This document shows positions 1 through 9,515 of a stretch of DNA of 32,000 bases, piece by piece (the first letter of the stretch is position 1; the number at the start of each line of letters is the position of its first letter). A model generated the notes under the pieces. It saw nothing but the letters and a program-made list of their open reading frames with translations, had not been told where the DNA came from and ran no database searches. The translations under genes and the position numbers were made by a program. Location of the stretch: the NCBI RefSeq assembly GCF_059817305.1, contig NZ_CM187540.1; one strand, written 5' to 3'.

Positions 1-530
1 ATCACACCCGAACCGGGATGGGCGTTGAATACTGGCGCGATTACCTGAAACTGAGCGGCAACGGTTATCTGCGCCTCAGTAACTGGCGTAGTGCACCGGA
101 ACTCGACAATGACTATGAAGCACGTCCGGCGAACGGTTGGGATCTTCGCGCCGAAGGCTGGTTACCGGCCTGGCCGCAGCTGGGCGGCAAGGTGGTCTAT
201 GAACAATATTATGGCGATGAAGTGGCGCTGTTTGGTAAAGACGAGCGTCAAAATGATCCTCACGCGATTACCGCAGGTTTGAGTTATACCCCTGTTCCTC
301 TGATCTCCTTTAGTGCCGAGCAACGGCAGGGCAAACAGGGAGAAAACGACACCCGAATTGGTATGGAGTTGACGTTGCAACCCGGCCATTCACTGCAAAA
401 ACAGCTCGATCCGGCTGAAGTTGCAGCACGACGTAGCCTTGTGGGCAGTCGCTATGACCTGGTCGATCGTAATAACAATATTGTCCTCGAATATCGCAAG
501 AAAGAGCTGGTGCGGCTGACGCTGACCGAT
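1..530 (+). other. 3' part of the inverse autotransporter beta-barrel domain
   Basis: Motifs LRLSNWR, GWDLRAEGWLP, LGGKVVYEQYYGDEVALF, YTPVPLISFSAEQRQG and YDLVDRNNNIVLEYRKKE resemble the intimin/YeeJ beta-domain and its C-terminal plug region. The end boundary is approximate. Confidence 0.75.
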
Positions 531-3500
531 CCGTTGAAAGGCAAGCCGGGTGAGGTTAAATCGCTGGTTTCTTCCTTACAAACCAAATATGCGCTGAAAG
601 GTTATGACATTGAAGCCGCCTCCCTGCAATCAGCGGGCGGAAAAGTAGCTGTTTCCGGCAAGGATATTCAGGTCACTATTCCTCCCTACCGATTCACGGC
701 AATGCCTGAAACCGACAACACTTACCCGATAGCGGTTACAGCGGAAGATTCGAAAGGAAATTTCTCCCGGCGTGAAGAAAGTATGGTGGTCGTGGAAAAA
801 CCCACATTAAGCCTCGCCGGTTCAACGCTTTCTGTCGATCTGCAAATCCTGCTTGCTGATGGAAAATCAACCTCAACGCTGACCTATACCGCGCGAGATT
901 CCAGCGGCAAGCCAATCCCAGGTATGACGTTAAAAACACAGGTGAAAGGTTTGCAGGATTTCGCCTTAAGCGAATGGAAAGACAACGGTAACGGAACCTA
1001 TACCCAAATAGTTACCGCCGGGAAGACGTCTGGCGCGTTATCGCTGATGCCGCAATTTAACGGCGATGATATCGCTAAGACGCCAGCGCTGATTGCTATC
1101 GTGGCGAATACAGCATCCCGCGCTGACTCCACGATTGAGACAGACCAGGATAATTACGTCGCGGGTAAGCCGATAGTCGTTAAAGTGACCCTGAGAGATG
1201 ATAACGGCAACGGGGTTACCGGACGAAAAGAACTTCTCAAACAAACCGTTAAAGTTGACAACACGAAGGCTGATGCCGTTAGTGCCTGGACGGAAGAAAG
1301 TGAGGGAATTTACAAAGCAAGCTATACGGCCCATCTCATTGGCGACAAATTAACGGCCCAGCTGACGATGCCCGGCTGGCAAACCAAACATTCGGATGCG
1401 TTCAGTATTGCGGGTGATAAAGATACCGCCAAAATCGCTGCGATGCAGATCACCGCGAATAACGCAGTTGCCAGACGCGATCACAATACCGTCGCTGTGA
1501 CGGTCAGGGATGTGCATCAAAATTTACTGCAGGGACAAAATGTTACCTTCACGGTCGTGAATGGTGCGGCGGTTTTTGCCGATCCAAATGGCGGTATTGT
1601 GACGACAGATAAAGACGGGATTGCCAGCGTTAACCTTGCCAGTGACCAGGCGGTAAACAGTCTTATCAAGGCCGAGACCAATGGCAGTAGTCAGTCTGTG
1701 GAAGTGAGCTTTATTACTGGCGATATCTCGCAGCTGACCTCCACCATCAAGACAGACGATGTGTCATACACCGCGGGTGGCAAGATAAAAGTGTCAGTTA
1801 CCCTTATGGATGAGCAGAAAAACCTGGTGAAAGGGATGGCTTCGCTGCTGGCGGGTAGCAGTGTGGTCGAGGTGAGCGGTACAGATAAAAATGAAACGGG
1901 TAACTGGAGCGAAGAGTCTGATGGCGTTTACACCAGCACCCGAACCGCGAAGATTGCTGGCGATCGCCATTACGCCACGCTGAAACTATCGACATGGAGT
2001 AGCGCGCAGCAATCTGATGCGTATGCCATACGCGAAAGCGGAGCTGTGTTGGCTTATTCCTCCATCGTTACCGACAAAACGGCCTACACCGCAGGCGGTG
2101 CGATAAAAGTTACGGTAACACTCAAGGATAGCTATGAAAACCTGGTCGGGGGGCAACGAGACGCTATCAACCAGGCTATCCAGCTGCCAAATACAAAAGC
2201 GGAAAGCATCGCCTGGAATGAAGATCAAAAAGGAATTTATACCGCAACGTATACCGCCTTACTCCCTGGCACCGGTTTAAAAGCACAGCTACAGATGTCC
2301 GGCTGGGCGAGCGCTCTGACTTCAAATGATTACAGTATTAGTGGCGATGCCGCCAGCGCACAAATTGTCGCGATGCAAGTGACAACGGGTAACCCGGATG
2401 TGCTGGCGAATGGCAGCGATCGACATACGGTGAATGTCCGGGTGGAAGATCAGTTTGGCAATGTGCTGCCGGAGCAGACCGTCACCTTTACGGTGACGAA
2501 GGGGGCGGCTGTATTTGCCAATGCAGGGCAGAGCGCAGATATCAGGACGGATGCGCATGGCATGGCAGAGGTTGATCTGAGCAGTACCGTAGCGGATGCC
2601 AGCACTGTTGAGGCTAAGATCAATCAAAGCAGCGATAGTAAAACGGTGAACTTTATTGCTGATGTTAGCACGGCGCAGGTCGCTGAGCTGGTGGTGACGC
2701 AGGACGGCTCAGTGGCTGATGGTTCGACGGCGAACATGCTGCGGGTGAGGGTGACCGATGTGTTCGGGAATGTACTTGCCGGCCAGACGGTCAGCGTGTT
2801 GGCGGACAACGGCGCAACGGTCGCTCCGACGGTGATTACAGAGCCGGACGGCACGGTGGAGATCTCAGTCACCAGCCAGACCGCCGGAACCAGTGCGGTC
2901 ACCGCCAGCATCAACAACAGCAGCCAGAGCCGGAACGTGACGTTTATTGCGGATGTCAGCACGGCGCAGATCGCGGATCTGGTGGTCACCCGGGATAACT
3001 CGGTGGCTGACGGTGCAATGGCGAACACGCTGCGGGTGAGGGTGACCGATGCGTTCGGGAATGCGCTGAATGGGCAGACGGTCAGCGTGTTGGCGGATAA
3101 CGGTGCAACGGTCACTCCGACGGTCACTACAGAGCCGGACGGCACGGTGGAGATCAGTATCACCAGCCAGACGGCGGGAGTCAGTGCAGTCACTGCAACC
3201 ATCAACAGCAGTACTCAGAGTCAGAACGTGACATTTATCGCCGATGTCAGGACGGCGAAGATCGCGGATCTGGTGGTCATTAAGGACGACTCAGTGGCAG
3301 ACGGTGCAATGGCGAACACGCTGCGGGCGAGGGTGACCGATGCATTCGGTAATACGTTGGGCGGGCAGACGGTCAGCGTGTTGGCGGATAACGGCGCAAC
3401 GGTTGCCCCGACAGTCACTACGCAGCCGGACGGCACGGTGGAAATCAGTGTCACCAGTCAGACCGCCGGAACCAGTACAGTCACTGCCAGCATCAACAAC

Positions 3501-6500
3501 AGCAGCCTGAGCCAGAACGTGACGTTTGTTGCCGATGTCAGGACGGCGAAGATCGCGAGTCTGGAGGTTACCCGGGATAACTCAGTGGCTGACGGCGCAA
3601 TGGCGAACACGCTGCGGGTGAAGGTCACCGATGCGTTCGGGAATGCGCTGAATGGACAGACGGTCAGCGTGATGGCGGACAACGGCGCAACGGTTGCCCC
3701 GACGGTGATCACCGAGCCGGACGGCACGGTGGAAATCAGTGTCACCAGCCAGACGGCGGGAGTCAGTGCAGTCACTGCAACCATCAACAGCAGTAGTCAG
3801 AGTCAGAACGTGACATTTATCGCCGATGTCAGCACGGCGAAGATCGCTGATCTGGTGGTCATTAAGGATGGTTCAGAGGCGGACGGTTCGACGGCGAACA
3901 CGCTGCGGGCGAGGGTGACCGATGCATTCGGTAATACGTTGGGCGGGCAGACGGTCAGCGTGTTGGCGGATAACGGCGCAACGGTTGCCCCGACAGTCAC
4001 TACGCAGCCGGACGGCACGGTGGAAATCAGTGTCACCAGTCAGACCGCCGGAACCAGTACAGTCACTGCCAGCATCAACAACAGCAGCCTGAGCCAGAAC
4101 GTGACGTTTGTCGCCGATGTCAGCACGGCGAAGATCGCTGATCTGGTGGTCATTAAGGATGGTTCAGAGGCAGACGGTTCGACGGCGAACACGCTGCAGG
4201 TGAAGGTGACCGATGCGTTCGGGAATGCACTTGCCGGACAGACGGTCAGCGTGATGGCAGGCAACGGCGCAACGGTTGCCCCGACGGTGATTACAGAGCC
4301 GGACGGCACGGTGGAGATCTCTGTCACCAGCCAGACGGCAGGAACCAGTACAGTCACCGCCAGCATCAACAACAGCAGCCAGAGCCGGGATGTGACGTTT
4401 ATCGCCGATGTCAGGACGGCGCAGATCGCGAGTCTGGAGGTGACGCAGGATAACGCCGTGGCTGACGGCGCAATGGCGAACACGCTGCGGGCGAGGGTGA
4501 CCGATGCGTTCGGTAATGCGCTTGCCGGACAGACGGTCAGCGTGATGGCAGGCAACGGTGCCACGACTGCTCCGACGGTCACCACGCAGCCGGACGGCAC
4601 GGTGGAGATCTCTGTCACCAGCCAGACGGCGGGGATCAGTACAGTCACTGCAACCATCAACAACAGCACCCTGAGTCAGAACGTGACATTTATCGCCGAT
4701 GTCAGGACGGCGAAGATAGCGGATCTGGTGGTTATTAAGGATGGTTCAGAGGCGGACGGTTCGACGGCGAACACGCTGCGGGTGAAGGTCACCGATGCGT
4801 TCGGTAATACGCTTGCCGGGCAGACGGTGAGCGTGTTGGGAGGCAACGGCGCAACGACTGCCCCGACGGTCATCACAGGGCCAGACGGGACGGTGGAGAG
4901 CAGTGTCACCAGCCAGACGGCGGGGATCAGTACAGTCACTGCAACCATCAACAACAGCAGCCTGAGCAGGAACGTGACATTTATCGCCGATGTCAGGACG
5001 GCGCAGATCGCGAGTCTGGAGGTGACGCAGGATAACGCCGTGGCTGACGGCGCAATGGCGAACACACTGCGGGTGAAGGTCACCGATGCGTTCGGTAATG
5101 TGCTGGCCGGGCAGATGGTCAGCGTGACGGCAGGCAACAGCGCAACGGTTGCTTCGACGGTCACCACGCATCCGGACGGCACGGTGGAGATCTCTGTCAC
5201 CAGTCAGACGGCGGGTACCAGTACAGTCACCGCCAGCATCAACAGCAGCAGCCAGAGCCAGAGCGTGAAGTTTATTGCCGATGTCAGCACGGCGCAGATT
5301 GCGGTGCTGGAAGTGACGCAGGATAACTCAGTGGCAGACGGTTCGACGGCGAACACGCTGCTGGTGAGGGTGACCGATGCGTTCGGTAATACGCTTGCCG
5401 GGCAGACGGTCAGCGTGACGGCAGGCAACGGTGCAACGGTTGCCCCGACGGTGATTACAGAGCCGGACGGCACGGTGGAGATCTCTGTCACCAGCCAGAC
5501 CGCCGGAATCAGTGCGGTCACTGCCAGCATTAACAGCAGCAGCCAGAGCCGGAACGTCACGTTTATCGCCGATGTCAGGACGGCGCAGATCGCGGACCTG
5601 GCGGTTATTAAGGACGGCTCAGTGGCGGACGGTTCGACGGCGAACACGCTGCGTGCGAGGGTAACCGATGCATTTGGTAATGCGCTTGCCGGGCAGACGG
5701 TGAGCGTGTTGGCGGACAACGGCGCAACGGTGTCTCCGACGGTCATCACAGGGCCGGACGGTACGGTGGAGATCTCTGTCACCAGCCAGACGGCGGGAAT
5801 CAGTGCGGTCACCGTCAGCATCAACAACAGCACCCTGAGCCAGAACGTGACATTTATCGCTGATGTCAGGACGGCGAAGATAGCGGAGCTGGTCGTTAGC
5901 CAGGATAACGCGGTGGCAGACGGTGCGACGGCGAACACGCTGCGGGTGAGGGTGACCGACGCGTTCGGTAATGCGCTTGCCGGGCAGACGGTCAGCGTGT
6001 TGGCAGGCAACGGTGCCACGACTGCTCCGACGGTCACCACACAGCCGGACGGCACGGTGGAGATCTCTGTCACCAGCCAGATGGCGGGCACCAGTGCGGT
6101 CACCGCCAGCATTAACAGCAGCAGTCAGAGCGGGGATGTCACATTTATCGCCGATGCCAGCACGGCGCAGATCGCGGACCTGGTGGTCATTAAGGATGGT
6201 TCAGAGGCGGACGGTTCGACGGCGAACACGCTGCGGGCGAGGGTGACCGATGCGTTCGGTAATGCGCTTGCCGGACAGACGGTCAGCGTGACGGCAGACA
6301 ACGGTGCAACGTTGTCTCCGACGGTCATCACAGGGCCGGACGGCACGGTGGAGATCAGTGTCACCAGCCAGACGGCGGGAGCCAGTACAGTCACTGCCAG
6401 CATCAACAGCAGCAGCCAGAGCCGGAACGTCACGTTTATCGCCGATGTCAGGACGGCGCAGATCGCGAGTCTGGAGGTGAGGCAGGATAACTCAGTGGCA

Positions 6501-9464
6501 GACGGCGCAATGGCGAACACGCTGCGGGTGAAGGTCACCGATGCGTTCGGCAATGCGCTTGCCGGACAGACGGTCAGCGTGATGGCAGGCAACGGTGCAA
6601 CGGTTGCTCCGACGGTGATTACAGAGCCGGACGGCACGGTGGAGATCAGTGTCACCAGCCAGACGGCGGGGATCAGTACAGTCACCGCAACCATCAACAG
6701 CAGCAGTCAGAGCCGGGATGTGACATTTATCGCCGATGTCAGGACGGCGCAGATCGCGGATCTGGTGGTCATTAAGGATGGTTCAGAGGCGGACGGTTCG
6801 ACGGCGAACACGCTGCGGGCGAGGGTGACCGATGCGTTCGGTAATACGCTTGCCGGGCAGACGGTGAGCGTGTTGGGAGGCAACGGCGCAACGACTGCCC
6901 CGACGGTCATCACAGGGCCAGACGGGACGGTGGAGATCAGTGTCACCAGCCAGACGGCAGGAATCAGTGTGGTCACCGCCAGCATCAACAGCAGCAGCCA
7001 GAGCCGGGATGTGACGTTTATCGCCGATGTCAGAACGGCGCAGATCGCGGATCTGGTGGTCATTAAGGACGGCTCAGTGGCTGACGGCGCGACGGCGAAT
7101 ACGCTGCAGGTGAAGGTCACTGATGCTAACGGTAATGCGCTTGCCGGGCAGACGGTCAGCGTGATGGCAGGCAACGGCGCAACGACTGCCCCGACGGTGA
7201 CCACTCAGCCGGATGGCACGGTGGAAATCTCTGTCACCAGCCAGACCGCCGGAACCAGTGTGGTCACCGCCAGCATCAACAACAGCAGCCAGAGCCAGAA
7301 CGTCACCTTTGTACCGGGTGATGCATCGCAGCTCACTTCAACCGTTGAAACAAATAAGTCGAACTATACGGTTGGAGAGACAATCACCATCACGGTAACG
7401 CTCCGGGATGCGTTCGATAATCTGGTAACCGGTGCAGCTTCACAGTTAGCCGCTAATGGTGTGCTGACGGTGGCTGGCACCGACCCGTCAGAAACGGGAA
7501 GCTGGGTTGAATCAGGTGGCGTGTATACCACAACCCGAATGGCGACGATTGCCAGTACCAATCAGCACGCCAACCTGCAATTGCAGTCGTGGAGTGATGG
7601 CGTAACGTCAGATCGCTATGACATACAGTCCGGTTCTCCGGCGCAAGCCACATCAACTATCGCCACGGATAAAAACGCATACACCGCTGGCGAGACCATA
7701 ACCGTCGCCGTGACGCTGAAAGACGCGCACGGTAACCTGGTTGAAGGGGGCGAGTCCTTACTGTCTGGTGATAACGTAATAGTGGAAGGAGCCGTACGTT
7801 CAGGAGGATGGTCTGAAAACGCCGGTGTTTATACTGCTACATGGTCGGCGCAAATGGCGGGAGACTCTCACCACGCGACGCTGAAGTTGTCTGAGTGGGG
7901 CAGCAGTAAACAATCAGAGAGTTATTCCATCCACAGCGGTGCTCCGGTGCAGGCAAATTCTGCTATCAGGACAGATAAATCGGCATATATCGCCGGGGAG
8001 CCATTAACCGTCACAGTAACGTTACGGGATGAGTTTGGTAACCCTGCTTTCGGGCTGACATCAGAAGTCATCGAGTCTTATATTGATAGTTTCGCGGTAG
8101 GCGGCGCAACTCCCGATTCTATGCAGTGGGTCGAGCAGAATAATGGTGAATATACCATTGTCTGGACAGCATGGGGTGCCGAGGAAAATCTGGTTGCCAG
8201 TCTGAAATTAAAAACATGGGCAGCGGAGATTAAGTCCTCATTATATGGAATACAACCAGGTGCAGCGGCAAAAACTCAATCAACGATTGTCGCGGACAAA
8301 ACGATATATATCGCTGGGGATAGCATAACGGTGACCGTTGTTCTTAAAGATGCCCAGGGTAACTTTATTACTGATGGTGTTGTTCAGCTTAATGAGGAAA
8401 ACGTACAAGTCAGGAATGCGGATCCTATCCAGGGCAATAATTGGGTTTACAACGGCAATGGGCAATATCAAAGACAGTATATGGCACATTTTGCGGAAGC
8501 GAATTTGAATGCGCAACTGAAGATGGCTGGTTGGAGCGATGCCAATTATTCAAACAATTATACTATCAAACCAGGTGAAGTGAGTCCGCTTGGTTCACAG
8601 CTTCGTATACGAGAAGTTTTAGTAGTGGAAGGGGCGGATTTACCTGTCAGTGCTTTATTAGTTGATGATTTTGGAAATCCGGTGGATAACGGTCTGGATT
8701 TGCTGGATGATGCAGTGTACTTACAAAATGTAGAAAAGAAAGAAGGGGAAAAATGGAGATATGTGGGTGATGGCATATATGAACGTACATATATGGCCTA
8801 CCAAGAAGGAGAAAATTTAACTTCATTTATGGAGATTAAAGGTTGGCGTATATACGGGCAACCATCCTATAACATCCTTCCTTTTGTGGAAGTCGAGTCG
8901 CTGAGTGTTAATGGTGTAAAATTCAGGGCGACAGATGGTTTTCCAGAAACAGGGTTTGATGGTGCAAAATTCACGCTGTTACTAACCCATAATATGAAAA
9001 ATACGGATTATAATTGGACGGCTGGGATTTATGGAATTAATGTTGATAGTAATGGAGAAGTAACATTATCTGTGCTGATAAGAAGTGAAGTTACTATTAC
9101 TGGGAAACCCAAGAATGGTAAAGGGAATGATGTTGTATTTAAATTCAAGATTAAAAAATGGTTTACTAGTTTAGGTGCTAGCAGTAGTAATACCTGGGAT
9201 ATCATAAATACTTCATGTAGCTATGGTCAAATGCCGTCATCTTTAGAATTAGCGCAGCGGCCAAGCGGTGGGGTAGTACCGCGAAAAGTAGGTACGTTGT
9301 GGGGCGAATATGGTAATTTAAAAACGTATGGGAACGCTTTTAGCAGTACGGATTATTGGACAAGTACTCAGCTCATGGGAGTACACGAGAAATTTAATCC
9401 TGAAACTGGTATATCAGAGCTTGGGACAGGAAAGTCTTCTGGCTTGTGCGTAGAGTATTATTAA
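1..9464 (+). CDS. air: Very large inverse autotransporter / intimin-invasin-like adhesin with tandem bacterial Ig-like repeats (Air/EaeX-like), 5' partial
   Basis: Open reading frame runs in from the left edge (phase 3: CAC ACC CGA ACC GGG ATG GGC...) to the TAA at 9464. The N-terminal part in the window (GVEYWRDYLKLSGNGYLRLSNWR...GWDLRAEGWLPAWPQLGGKVVYEQYYG...) is typical of the intimin/invasin beta-domain. It is followed by Ig-like modules, 16 near-identical 97-aa repeats and a Cys-containing C-terminal domain. Symbol assigned from gene content and neighbours (eilA, eip genes); no database search possible. Confidence 0.9.
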   Translation, partial: HTRTGMGVEYWRDYLKLSGNGYLRLSNWRSAPELDNDYEARPANGWDLRAEGWLPAWPQLGGKVVYEQYYGDEVALFGKDERQNDPHAITAGLSYTPVPLISFSAEQRQGKQGENDTRIGMELTLQPGHSLQKQLDPAEVAARRSLVGSRYDLVDRNNNIVLEYRKKELVRLTLTDPLKGKPGEVKSLVSSLQTKYALKGYDIEAASLQSAGGKVAVSGKDIQVTIPPYRFTAMPETDNTYPIAVTAEDSKGNFSRREESMVVVEKPTLSLAGSTLSVDLQILLADGKSTSTLTYTARDSSGKPIPGMTLKTQVKGLQDFALSEWKDNGNGTYTQIVTAGKTSGALSLMPQFNGDDIAKTPALIAIVANTASRADSTIETDQDNYVAGKPIVVKVTLRDDNGNGVTGRKELLKQTVKVDNTKADAVSAWTEESEGIYKASYTAHLIGDKLTAQLTMPGWQTKHSDAFSIAGDKDTAKIAAMQITANNAVARRDHNTVAVTVRDVHQNLLQGQNVTFTVVNGAAVFADPNGGIVTTDKDGIASVNLASDQAVNSLIKAETNGSSQSVEVSFITGDISQLTSTIKTDDVSYTAGGKIKVSVTLMDEQKNLVKGMASLLAGSSVVEVSGTDKNETGNWSEESDGVYTSTRTAKIAGDRHYATLKLSTWSSAQQSDAYAIRESGAVLAYSSIVTDKTAYTAGGAIKVTVTLKDSYENLVGGQRDAINQAIQLPNTKAESIAWNEDQKGIYTATYTALLPGTGLKAQLQMSGWASALTSNDYSISGDAASAQIVAMQVTTGNPDVLANGSDRHTVNVRVEDQFGNVLPEQTVTFTVTKGAAVFANAGQSADIRTDAHGMAEVDLSSTVADASTVEAKINQSSDSKTVNFIADVSTAQVAELVVTQDGSVADGSTANMLRVRVTDVFGNVLAGQTVSVLADNGATVAPTVITEPDGTVEISVTSQTAGTSAVTASINNSSQSRNVTFIADVSTAQIADLVVTRDNSVADGAMANTLRVRVTDAFGNALNGQTVSVLADNGATVTPTVTTEPDGTVEISITSQTAGVSAVTATINSSTQSQNVTFIADVRTAKIADLVVIKDDSVADGAMANTLRARVTDAFGNTLGGQTVSVLADNGATVAPTVTTQPDGTVEISVTSQTAGTSTVTASINNSSLSQNVTFVADVRTAKIASLEVTRDNSVADGAMANTLRVKVTDAFGNALNGQTVSVMADNGATVAPTVITEPDGTVEISVTSQTAGVSAVTATINSSSQSQNVTFIADVSTAKIADLVVIKDGSEADGSTANTLRARVTDAFGNTLGGQTVSVLADNGATVAPTVTTQPDGTVEISVTSQTAGTSTVTASINNSSLSQNVTFVADVSTAKIADLVVIKDGSEADGSTANTLQVKVTDAFGNALAGQTVSVMAGNGATVAPTVITEPDGTVEISVTSQTAGTSTVTASINNSSQSRDVTFIADVRTAQIASLEVTQDNAVADGAMANTLRARVTDAFGNALAGQTVSVMAGNGATTAPTVTTQPDGTVEISVTSQTAGISTVTATINNSTLSQNVTFIADVRTAKIADLVVIKDGSEADGSTANTLRVKVTDAFGNTLAGQTVSVLGGNGATTAPTVITGPDGTVESSVTSQTAGISTVTATINNSSLSRNVTFIADVRTAQIASLEVTQDNAVADGAMANTLRVKVTDAFGNVLAGQMVSVTAGNSATVASTVTTHPDGTVEISVTSQTAGTSTVTASINSSSQSQSVKFIADVSTAQIAVLEVTQDNSVADGSTANTLLVRVTDAFGNTLAGQTVSVTAGNGATVAPTVITEPDGTVEISVTSQTAGISAVTASINSSSQSRNVTFIADVRTAQIADLAVIKDGSVADGSTANTLRARVTDAFGNALAGQTVSVLADNGATVSPTVITGPDGTVEISVTSQTAGISAVTVSINNSTLSQNVTFIADVRTAKIAELVVSQDNAVADGATANTLRVRVTDAFGNALAGQTVSVLAGNGATTAPTVTTQPDGTVEISVTSQMAGTSAVTASINSSSQSGDVTFIADASTAQIADLVVIKDGSEADGSTANTLRARVTDAFGNALAGQTVSVTADNGATLSPTVITGPDGTVEISVTSQTAGASTVTASINSSSQSRNVTFIADVRTAQIASLEVRQDNSVADGAMANTLRVKVTDAFGNALAGQTVSVMAGNGATVAPTVITEPDGTVEISVTSQTAGISTVTATINSSSQSRDVTFIADVRTAQIADLVVIKDGSEADGSTANTLRARVTDAFGNTLAGQTVSVLGGNGATTAPTVITGPDGTVEISVTSQTAGISVVTASINSSSQSRDVTFIADVRTAQIADLVVIKDGSVADGATANTLQVKVTDANGNALAGQTVSVMAGNGATTAPTVTTQPDGTVEISVTSQTAGTSVVTASINNSSQSQNVTFVPGDASQLTSTVETNKSNYTVGETITITVTLRDAFDNLVTGAASQLAANGVLTVAGTDPSETGSWVESGGVYTTTRMATIASTNQHANLQLQSWSDGVTSDRYDIQSGSPAQATSTIATDKNAYTAGETITVAVTLKDAHGNLVEGGESLLSGDNVIVEGAVRSGGWSENAGVYTATWSAQMAGDSHHATLKLSEWGSSKQSESYSIHSGAPVQANSAIRTDKSAYIAGEPLTVTVTLRDEFGNPAFGLTSEVIESYIDSFAVGGATPDSMQWVEQNNGEYTIVWTAWGAEENLVASLKLKTWAAEIKSSLYGIQPGAAAKTQSTIVADKTIYIAGDSITVTVVLKDAQGNFITDGVVQLNEENVQVRNADPIQGNNWVYNGNGQYQRQYMAHFAEANLNAQLKMAGWSDANYSNNYTIKPGEVSPLGSQLRIREVLVVEGADLPVSALLVDDFGNPVDNGLDLLDDAVYLQNVEKKEGEKWRYVGDGIYERTYMAYQEGENLTSFMEIKGWRIYGQPSYNILPFVEVESLSVNGVKFRATDGFPETGFDGAKFTLLLTHNMKNTDYNWTAGIYGINVDSNGEVTLSVLIRSEVTITGKPKNGKGNDVVFKFKIKKWFTSLGASSSNTWDIINTSCSYGQMPSSLELAQRPSGGVVPRKVGTLWGEYGNLKTYGNAFSSTDYWTSTQLMGVHEKFNPETGISELGTGKSSGLCVEYY
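2661..7316 (+). repeat. Tandem array of 16 in-frame 291-bp (97-aa) Ig-like repeats within the adhesin
   Basis: The conserved motif D-V-[SR]-T-A-[QK]-I-A begins at 2661, 2952, 3243, 3534, 3825, 4116, 4407, 4698, 4989, 5280, 5571, 5862, 6153, 6444, 6735 and 7026, with a constant 291-nt step. Each unit contains ...VTDAFGN.LAGQTVSV...PTV.T.PDGTVEISVTSQTAG.S.VTA.IN.S..SQNVTFIA. Confidence 0.97.
8886..9464 (+). other. C-terminal cap of the adhesin, C-type-lectin-like domain as in intimin/invasin tips
   Basis: Non-repetitive C-terminus with only two Cys residues (TSCSYG... and ...SSGLCVEYY*) and the motif YGNAFSSTDYWTSTQ. This arrangement resembles lectin-like distal domains of invasin-family proteins. 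Assigned by resemblance only. Confidence 0.55.
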
Positions 9465-9480
9465 CGAAGTAATCACTAGA

Positions 9481-9502
9481 TTGCCCTGCTTCAGCAGGGC
9501 AA
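9481..9502 (+). terminator. Rho-independent-like terminator hairpin after the adhesin gene
   Basis: Perfect 9-bp inverted repeat TTGCCCTGC-TTCA-GCAGGGCAA followed by TTTATATT, between two convergent stop codons (9464 and 9516). Confidence 0.75.
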
Positions 9503-9515
9503 TTTATATTCGTTA

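Noticed and set aside
2624-7204. Long antisense ORFs (up to 209 aa) on the minus strand across the repeat array, e.g. 2624..3205, 4040..4669, 4676..5200, 5204..6112, 6125..6697
   Set aside because: They are shadow ORFs of the sense repeats. Each 97-codon unit lacks sense-frame triplets that would create antisense stops, so openness recurs with the same 291-nt period. Their translations are the same low-complexity Val/Thr/Ala-rich peptide repeated. No independent start or SD pattern was seen.
2661-7316. The 291-bp direct repeats as a possible CRISPR or noncoding satellite
   Set aside because: Units are contiguous with no spacers, exactly 97 codons long and coding throughout in one frame.
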